Source of the DNA: Candidatus Woesearchaeota archaeon
GTDB taxonomy: Archaea > Nanobdellota > Nanobdellia > Woesearchaeales > JAZDKJ01
Assembly: GCA_043803105.1 (NCBI GenBank)
Contig: JAZDKJ010000006.1
Span: forward strand, 32,001 to 96,000
DNA length: 64,000 bases
Reading direction: 5' to 3'
Of this stretch, positions 54,113 through 61,407 are shown piece after piece (within the stretch, counting starts at the first letter, position 1; every line of letters begins with the position of its first letter). A program made the position numbers and the translations under genes. Below the pieces are notes generated by a model that did no database searches, was not told where the DNA came from, and saw only the letters and a list, made by a program, of their open reading frames with translations.

Positions 54113-57100
54113 TTAGGCAGCCTTCTTAAATGGCATAGTTTTATGCTCAGAATTGAATTTTATCACTGGCGTGCCAGCGTACCACCTATCTGCCAACAGT
54201 GTTGCAACATCTTGCCTGTCATTAACATTTGCTTCGTTTGCAGTAGTTGTACCGCAACGCTGCGCTAATTCTAGGGTGTACTCCTCAAAAACACTGTCTA
54301 AGTCCAATTCAGGATAATTGTTGTAGACACCTAGCTGTATTATTTTTCCTTGGTTTGTCATTGCTATCAGCCTTCTGGCCATGATGTCACCTGCTTTATC
54401 AAAACAATAAAGTACCCTCTTGTTAACATCCAAAGCGTTCGTCACAGTAGTCCATGAATTAGAACCGTCTGTGGCAAGACAGCTGCCTCCAACAACATTG
54501 CCCATCTGCAATATTTTTATTGGGTTCTGTTCCGTGTAGACTGTTACTCTTCTTGCATTCTGTATGAACTGTGTCTTGCCTTGCAGTCCTTTGATCGCGT
54601 TCAGATGTCCTGCTATATCCTTGGCTAAGTCCTGCTTATCCTTCAAATCAGTGAGTCTTTTATCAAACTCATCTTCTTTGACTTCTAAACCTGCTTCCCG
54701 AAAATGGCGTACTATTTCTTCCCTGTGTTCTCCGATTATTTTCTCTGTGTTTGCCGAAAAATCAGTTAGGTTTGCTAGGTACTCTTTTTTAAAACCTTCA
54801 ACCCAAATGTTCATGTCTATTCCCCAGCTTTTCATTTTCCCCATGTATTCAATATTTGCCTGTTGGTTGTAAGGATACGCTTGAGGTAATCTCTTGAATG
54901 GATACGTATTCTTGAGGCATATCTCCTGTACAAGCCTTTTGGCCGGCTCTCTATTCTGGCCTGGATGGCACTTGACTGCGATTTGTAGCACATCCGTTAT
55001 GTCCTCCTCATTGTCCAGCTCAGCAGGCAAAGGTACTCCACAATATTTTTCAAAAGCATCCCGCACTTTCTGGCTGGTTAACGCATTAAAGTATTCAATT
55101 GATAGGTCCATCAAGACTTTATTGATGTATTCAAATGCCGACTTCTCGTTTTGTGTATTGAACTTTTCTATGTTCTTCCTCAATTTGTCTAGGTTCTTTG
55201 GCTTCTTTGAGAGTTGTGAGGTTAGGAAAAGATAAACTCTTTCTATGTCTGCTGGATTCAAGCTTTCTTTGTTGCCTTTTGAGACAAAAAGTCTGTAACT
55301 TCTGCAGGCTCTTGCCAGCACAAGCAATTCCCTTGAGATATCCTCATTAAGTATTGTTAGGTGCGCAATATTAAATAATACTCGCATGAAATTTTTGGGA
55401 GATTGCTCCATCAGGTTGATTATGTAGTCACCAAAATGTTCAAAAATACTTGAGCTTATCTTGTCGAGATACTTCATTTGCCGAAGTTTTACCCTGCTGT
55501 GCTCAACCTCTGCAGACATGAACCTGAAGCAACTGTTGAAAATGCGAATCACTTCTGCGTTGGTACTTGGGTCCACCTTTTCAACCATTTTGCTGCAAAG
55601 GTTCAGCAATTCTTCGCGCGGTGATTCATTAAAGTCCTTTAAGGTCTGGACTACCTCTTTTCCACCGTTCTCTATGAAAGTCTGAAAGCTGGCAATATGC
55701 TTGGGTTGCAAGATCTTGAGCACTGAAAACAAGCTGGCAAGAAGGTTTGTGTCAAAATCACCCAATACTTGCCACAGGTAGTCCACCTCATTCAGATTTG
55801 TTAGGAATGGCAAGATCGAGATTAGGTTGCCTTCATAAACGTCAATGTTTGGACCATATTTGCTAACGTTGAATTCAAGGTAGCCCAGTAAAGTCTTATG
55901 TTCCAATGCTGTAGACAATCTCTGTCCAGTCATCTTCATTATACTGCGAAAGAGGAGCTTAGGATATTTTGTAGACCTTGCTGCTTCAATTATCTGAGGA
56001 AGCTGCTGCCTGACCCCTTCTCTTTGCTCCCTTGCCAGGAGCATTTGCAGCAATTCTTCATCAGTAATCTCTTCACAAAGGCTTAGCAATAGGTCGATAT
56101 CTGATTGTTCTAGAAGAGGTTTTGAAAGCCTGGAAATAGGTTGGCAAAAAGAGAAGAAATCCATCTCTGTCCCCGGTTCTGCGAATTGCCATTTCTTGTA
56201 AACTCTAATGAGTCTTTTTAGGTTTTTTTCGGTGAAAGACAAATCACATGCAAATGACCTCCAATCTCGCAAGCAAAGCCATAAGGCATATCCCAGTTCA
56301 TCCACCCTTAGGCCTGCGCTCTTATAGCTCTTCATAACTGCAAAAAGTGTGTCAAATAATTGCCCATGATAATTGTTGAAGAGGTATCCTGAATCTTCAA
56401 AAACCGCAGTCAGCACAAAGCAAGGAGCACGCTCATCAAATAAAAAGAATTTCTCCGCCACTGAACTGATTAGATGCAAGTCTTCTGGGCTTTTTATTTC
56501 TTTCCTTACGCGAGGGATTTGTTCCTGGCAGACAGTCCTGCCAAGGTGTTCTCCGGTTGTTCCTCCTCTTATTATTGTGGCGAGCAAAATTAATGTCTCT
56601 CTTAGCCGAACTACTGTTGCTTCAAGCATCTTCGTTTTCTTTGCTGTCCATTGAACATAAAAGTCTCTCAGATTCTCTTGGAAATATGGGTCCTGGTAGA
56701 CTTCTTCTGGATTTTTGCCATATGCAGAAAATTGGTCCCTAAGGTTTTTTATCTCTTCAGGAGGCACATCCTTGAAAATGATATCCTCAAATGGCACTAG
56801 GCATAACCACACATACCAGTAGTGGTCAGAATAGAACTGCGCAGGGCCAATGATTTTCTTGACTTTCTCAACTAAGTTCCAGTTTTCAAGCAAAATCTTG
56901 GTTAGAAACGGATTAGCAAACTGGTTGTAACCATTTTTCAGGAGCCATTTTCTTCTTTCAAAGTATTGGTCTTTTTTATACATGCTCTGCAATAAATGGA
57001 GCCTTCGGATATTTAAAAGAAAAGCCGAATCTAATTGGCAAACAAGTCTCTGCATTTTTTCTTGAAGTTGTGACTGTGCATCTGTTGATATCGAAGTTGA

Positions 57101-57379
57101 GTTTTTCATTTGTTCTGCTAAAACCCTAAGCGATTTGAGATACTCATCTACATGATTGAACAATTCTTCCAGATTGTTATACTGAAAGTGTCTTTTCCAA
57201 GTGTAACCTGGCATTTTTTTCATTCGCGTTTCAATCAATTTAGATACATCTATCAATGATTGAATCGACTCTTTGTGCCAGAACCAGCTCTTGGGGATCT
57301 TATACTTTGGTGATGTCAACAAATCGTGCAGCTTTTGGATCTCAATAACAGTTTCTTGGATATTTCCATTCGGCGGCAT
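54113..57379 (-). CDS. Large (1088 aa) helical hypothetical protein with a conserved-looking C-terminal alpha/beta domain
   Basis: Long ORF. C-terminal NPIKILQMG...SCL..DG.N.....NALDVNKRVLY....ARRLI. Confidence 0.7.
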   Translation of the reverse strand: MPPNGNIQETVIEIQKLHDLLTSPKYKIPKSWFWHKESIQSLIDVSKLIETRMKKMPGYTWKRHFQYNNLEELFNHVDEYLKSLRVLAEQMKNSTSISTDAQSQLQEKMQRLVCQLDSAFLLNIRRLHLLQSMYKKDQYFERRKWLLKNGYNQFANPFLTKILLENWNLVEKVKKIIGPAQFYSDHYWYVWLCLVPFEDIIFKDVPPEEIKNLRDQFSAYGKNPEEVYQDPYFQENLRDFYVQWTAKKTKMLEATVVRLRETLILLATIIRGGTTGEHLGRTVCQEQIPRVRKEIKSPEDLHLISSVAEKFFLFDERAPCFVLTAVFEDSGYLFNNYHGQLFDTLFAVMKSYKSAGLRVDELGYALWLCLRDWRSFACDLSFTEKNLKRLIRVYKKWQFAEPGTEMDFFSFCQPISRLSKPLLEQSDIDLLLSLCEEITDEELLQMLLAREQREGVRQQLPQIIEAARSTKYPKLLFRSIMKMTGQRLSTALEHKTLLGYLEFNVSKYGPNIDVYEGNLISILPFLTNLNEVDYLWQVLGDFDTNLLASLFSVLKILQPKHIASFQTFIENGGKEVVQTLKDFNESPREELLNLCSKMVEKVDPSTNAEVIRIFNSCFRFMSAEVEHSRVKLRQMKYLDKISSSIFEHFGDYIINLMEQSPKNFMRVLFNIAHLTILNEDISRELLVLARACRSYRLFVSKGNKESLNPADIERVYLFLTSQLSKKPKNLDKLRKNIEKFNTQNEKSAFEYINKVLMDLSIEYFNALTSQKVRDAFEKYCGVPLPAELDNEEDITDVLQIAVKCHPGQNREPAKRLVQEICLKNTYPFKRLPQAYPYNQQANIEYMGKMKSWGIDMNIWVEGFKKEYLANLTDFSANTEKIIGEHREEIVRHFREAGLEVKEDEFDKRLTDLKDKQDLAKDIAGHLNAIKGLQGKTQFIQNARRVTVYTEQNPIKILQMGNVVGGSCLATDGSNSWTTVTNALDVNKRVLYCFDKAGDIMARRLIAMTNQGKIIQLGVYNNYPELDLDSVFEEYTLELAQRCGTTTANEANVNDRQDVATLLADRWYAGTPVIKFNSEHKTMPFKKAA

Positions 57380-57736
57380 TCCATTGATAATTCACAACTT
57401 ACTTTATTTAAACATTTGGACAAAATCTTTGCATTCTAAGAAAAATTATGGGTGAACTAAAGTTCACCCACACCATATCGAAAGCTGACTTCATTTATAA
57501 TGCGCTGGTCAAGCGCAGACAGCCAAATTACTGCAAAATAAATTGCTATAATAGTAGACACTTATGTATACTAATATATAAACTTTTTGATTTTTGGCGC
57601 TTTTGTTCTCTATTTTACCTTCAAATCTAGTATTGTTCTACATATACTAACACCAGTTTCCATAGAAAAGATAAACTAAGGTAGTGAAAAACAACATTTA
57701 TATATCAGTTGCTACTATACCTTTATAGGGGATGGC

Positions 57737-58141
57737 ATGGTAGTTTTGTTTGATAAGTTTAATCTTCCTGAGGAAGTTCTGGATGTAATTTTTGCTACAA
57801 AGCAGCAGAAAATCGTAGCTACTGAGCTTATAAAATTCATAGTCAAGAACAAGTGTTCTATCGGTAAGGTTGACATGTCACTTTTTGCCACCCAGCTTCA
57901 TGATGGTACATTTGAGACAACAATAGAGGAGGAGCCCTACAAGGGAAAAAAAGTGAGGATCTCCTACAACCGTCGCCAATTCTATGACAGGATCCTTACC
58001 CCAATGAAAAGCATGGGAATGATCGACTATGACTTGTACAAGAAAACATACAGCATCTCTGAGCATTTCAATGCTGAGATGATAAGGATTGGCATTATGT
58101 GGGTCGCTTACCTAAACAAGTTAAAAGCTCAAACACAATAA
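57737..58141 (+). CDS. Conserved hypothetical protein, probably winged-helix; paralogue of 33128..33535
   Basis: YNRRQFYDRILTPMKSMGMIDYD, aligning without gaps to the paralogue. Confidence 0.78.
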   Translation: MVVLFDKFNLPEEVLDVIFATKQQKIVATELIKFIVKNKCSIGKVDMSLFATQLHDGTFETTIEEEPYKGKKVRISYNRRQFYDRILTPMKSMGMIDYDLYKKTYSISEHFNAEMIRIGIMWVAYLNKLKAQTQ

Positions 58142-58179
58142 GCACTCTTTCTCTGCATTTTTTTGGCAAGTATGTGTCA

Positions 58180-58270
58180 CACAAATATCATACAATGAAT
58201 TACAAAAAAGCAATATTTATCGGTAAGTTTAAATATAACGTATTACAAATATCACATAATATAATACAAT
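58180..58270 (+). promoter_or_regulatory. TATA box flanked by phased direct repeats (candidate RHH operator)
   Basis: ACAAATATCA at 58181 and 58245 either side of TTTAAATA (58228-58235). (T/C)ACAA-like units recur every 10-11 bp. Confidence 0.5.
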
Positions 58271-58306
58271 TAGCAACTTTAACCGCCTTTTACAGAAATG
58301 ACAGCG

Positions 58307-58450
58307 ATGAAACAGAAAATCTCTGTAGTGAACGTCAGACTTCCAAGCGAGGCTGTTGCCTGGATTGATTCTTTAGTAATTAAGGGGATCTACTCTAGCA
58401 GGTCCGAGGCTATCAGGGCTTTTGTTCGCGAGTATTTACATGAACGGTGA
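58307..58450 (+). CDS. Ribbon-helix-helix regulator (CopG/CdrS-like, 47 aa)
   Basis: Below the track cut-off. Translation: MKQKISVVNVRLPSEAVAWIDSLVIKGIYSSRSEAIRAFVREYLHER. Alternative in-frame ATG at 58298. Confidence 0.85.
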   Translation: MKQKISVVNVRLPSEAVAWIDSLVIKGIYSSRSEAIRAFVREYLHER

Positions 58451-58456
58451 CTTTGA

Positions 58457-58672
58457 GTGACTGACAAGCTGGTGAGCTTTCGCGTACCTTTAGCCTTAGT
58501 TCTTGAGTCAAGGAGCCGCGTTGAACAAGAGCATTTCAAGGACCTTTCTGAACTCATCCGGGCTGCTATCAGGAGAAAGTTTGCTGAGTCGCAAAAGCCT
58601 GAGCTTGCCGAACTTACAAAACAGGACATCATCAGGGAACTTCAAACCCTGATTGAGAGGCTGAAAAAATGA
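58457..58672 (+). CDS. Second ribbon-helix-helix protein
   Basis: LVSFRVP...FKDLSELIRAAIR. ATGA-coupled to the next gene. Confidence 0.75.
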   Translation: MTDKLVSFRVPLALVLESRSRVEQEHFKDLSELIRAAIRRKFAESQKPELAELTKQDIIRELQTLIERLKK

Positions 58673-61407
58673 AAAAGCCTCTCTTGACTCTTGTTTGCCT
58701 CCTTGCCACGCTCGCGGCCTTGCAGATTTCGCGTGCCGACGAAACAAATTCTTCTATGTACAATCTCACTTTCAACAAGACCATTTGCCTGCTCTCCAAT
58801 GGAACCAATTTCACTTCTTACGACTGCGATAACGACAGCTTCCCCTATTGGCTCGACTGCAATGATTCCAACCAAAATATTAATCCAAATGCCACAGAGC
58901 TATGCAACCGCCTTGATGACAACTGTAATGGCCTGGTTGACGAAGGCTTTGACCAGGACATTGACGGATTTTATCCTGCCTCTTGCGGGTACGGCACATT
59001 TGACTGCAATGATTCCAACCCATTTGTAAACCCCAACTCAACAGAGGTCTTTGGTAATGGATTGGACGATGATTGCAATGCCTCAACCCCTGACAAGCCC
59101 TATCTTAGGGTTCTCATCACAAAGCCTAGCTATCTCCTGGGTGAGACAGGTGCATTAATAGTCAACGCTACCCAAGGGTCATATGTTTACCTCACAATAA
59201 CCACGCCATCGAGCTCGCACAATTCCATCTTGTCCTTGCACGGGCCCTATCCTGTGGTCCAGATGCTTCCGTACATTAGGAAGGTTGGAACATACATTGT
59301 TGACGCGAGTCTTGATTACATGAATTATGCAAATAGCACCAGAATAACATTCTCTGTTGAGAATACAATCGCCGCCCAGATCATTGGTAGCTCATCAGTC
59401 CCAAGGAACGGGCAGCTCCAATTAAGTGCCACAGCTGCCGGCGGCATAGGTACACTAAGATACTACTGGGATTTTGGGGATTCTACTTTCTCCGTAGGAA
59501 GCTCCCAGACTCACATTTATACGAGTGTTGGCAGGCGCACTATTTGGCTGTATGTAAATGACTCTGAACAAAACCAATGGAGGACATCAAAAGATATTGA
59601 CGTTTATGACAATTACCGCTTGACTGTTGCTGTGCGCAACTCCTCCTTTGGGGTGAAGAACGCTAAGGTGGAGCTAAATAGCGACCAAAAACTCACGAAT
59701 GATTCTGGCCTCGTGCAATTCACTTCTCTTCTGAGGGGTATTTACTATCTTAAGGTCTCGCGCTCAGGTTATGAGCCCTACTTAGAGACAATCAATCTCA
59801 CTGCGAATCTGTCAAGGATTGTGCAGCTCATAGCAACTGAAACTACCCTGCCAGTTGTAACCCTGGTGGCTCCTGCTGATGGTCAGGAGTTTGAACCTGG
59901 CAAGGTACAGTTGCGATTTCATGCCTCTGACAGCAGCAACATGGAATGTGTGCTCTACTTGAGCTTGGACAATTCTTGGTGGAGCAAGGAGGCTGTTTTC
60001 GAAAATGTGGTAAGCAACCAAGAGTACTCGTATGCATTGAACAACCCTCAGCAAACTACCTACTGGTGGAAAGTCCGCTGCCAGGATTCTGACTCCAATG
60101 CGCAGTTTAGTCAGGTGTTTAAGTTCATTGTGAGATCAAAGGAAGCACAGCAAGACGCGTCCCAAGACACGACAATACAACCTGTTGCCACTGATGATGA
60201 GAATGCCGACCTCCTCGCCCAGATTGATACTTACCGTGACTCTCTGGCAAAGCTTCCGTCCGTTGAAGCAGAGGCGGCTCAACTGCTTGGGCTGGACGCT
60301 CAACTGCTTGATGCCAAGAAGAATATCCAGAACTATGGTCGTGATATCTTTAATGTCAAGTTCCGCAAACTCACCGATGCCGAGAAGGCTAATCTTACTT
60401 ATGACCTAACACAGAGGCTGGAGTTTCAAAAAAAGAGCATAATCAAGAACCTGCAGGTGCTTAAGCACAACAACTTTGTCAAGTATAGTTCCAGCGCAGA
60501 CCTCAAGCTCTTGGTCTCGCTGCTCACCAATTCGTCTGTCACAGCCTCTTCCCTCACACCGCTTCAACACCTGCTAACAGTCTCTACAAAGGTCTTTGTG
60601 GTGAGGCTTGAGTTCTTGGGCTTGGAGCCCAAGATCCTTACACTAGTGCAAAAATCAGTGCAAATCTCAAACGCTTCTCAACTGGGTTCTGTTTTGGAGG
60701 TTGTGCCTAAAGAGTTTGCTAGGTCAGCATCTGAATTGAAGGTTCTTGGCGTTTACAAGGTTTTGCAGGATGATCCAGTCCTTGAGTTTGTTCCTAACGA
60801 TTCTCTTGTAATCCAATACAGTGTGGATAAGGAGGTTGATCCGGCGATTGTTGAGTCATCAATCACCGCTGGTCTCCCCACAACTGTTGCGTTGTCAAAT
60901 AAGGTTACCGGATTTGCGGTTGGAAATCTCTCAAAGGGTATAATGGATAATTCCCTTTATATCCTCATAATTGCAGTCCTTGTCAGTGTCATGCTACTTC
61001 TTGCATACAAATGGGAGGACCTTAGCCAAAGTTTTGCTAAAGTCAATACCCCTATGCCTCGAGAGTTTATTGTTTTATCACAGAAGTTGATAGAGCGCCT
61101 GAATAATGACAATCTAACAAGCGCGAGAACTATCTATAGGGAGCTGCAGCAGGAATACGCAAAGTCACCTAAGGAGGTTAAGGCTGCTGTCTCGTTTGAA
61201 GTTCTTCATCTCTTTCATCGGTTGCAGTTCTCTGAGTTGCAGCACACCGCAGCCCGCATAAAAACCTATTGCGAGGATGGCGATCTTGAGCAGGCAAAGC
61301 ACCACTACCATTCAATTAATCAAATGTATTCCAAACTGCCACGGCACCTAAAGGAGCAGGCCTTTGAGACCTGCATCGGGGCTCGCAAGAGGATAGATGA
61401 GAACTAG
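58669..61407 (+). CDS. Secreted, membrane-anchored multidomain surface protein
   Basis: Signal peptide, MopE-like DCND...NP.ATE.C..LDD.C repeats, PKD (YYWDFGD), carboxypeptidase-regulatory-like and Ig-like domains, VTGFAV plus TM helix, and two cytoplasmic helical repeats. Confidence 0.8.
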   Translation: MKKPLLTLVCLLATLAALQISRADETNSSMYNLTFNKTICLLSNGTNFTSYDCDNDSFPYWLDCNDSNQNINPNATELCNRLDDNCNGLVDEGFDQDIDGFYPASCGYGTFDCNDSNPFVNPNSTEVFGNGLDDDCNASTPDKPYLRVLITKPSYLLGETGALIVNATQGSYVYLTITTPSSSHNSILSLHGPYPVVQMLPYIRKVGTYIVDASLDYMNYANSTRITFSVENTIAAQIIGSSSVPRNGQLQLSATAAGGIGTLRYYWDFGDSTFSVGSSQTHIYTSVGRRTIWLYVNDSEQNQWRTSKDIDVYDNYRLTVAVRNSSFGVKNAKVELNSDQKLTNDSGLVQFTSLLRGIYYLKVSRSGYEPYLETINLTANLSRIVQLIATETTLPVVTLVAPADGQEFEPGKVQLRFHASDSSNMECVLYLSLDNSWWSKEAVFENVVSNQEYSYALNNPQQTTYWWKVRCQDSDSNAQFSQVFKFIVRSKEAQQDASQDTTIQPVATDDENADLLAQIDTYRDSLAKLPSVEAEAAQLLGLDAQLLDAKKNIQNYGRDIFNVKFRKLTDAEKANLTYDLTQRLEFQKKSIIKNLQVLKHNNFVKYSSSADLKLLVSLLTNSSVTASSLTPLQHLLTVSTKVFVVRLEFLGLEPKILTLVQKSVQISNASQLGSVLEVVPKEFARSASELKVLGVYKVLQDDPVLEFVPNDSLVIQYSVDKEVDPAIVESSITAGLPTTVALSNKVTGFAVGNLSKGIMDNSLYILIIAVLVSVMLLLAYKWEDLSQSFAKVNTPMPREFIVLSQKLIERLNNDNLTSARTIYRELQQEYAKSPKEVKAAVSFEVLHLFHRLQFSELQHTAARIKTYCEDGDLEQAKHHYHSINQMYSKLPRHLKEQAFETCIGARKRIDEN

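Noticed and set aside
57448-57630. 60-aa ORF in the AT-rich divergent intergenic region
   Set aside because: No motif or SD, and it overlaps probable promoter sequence.
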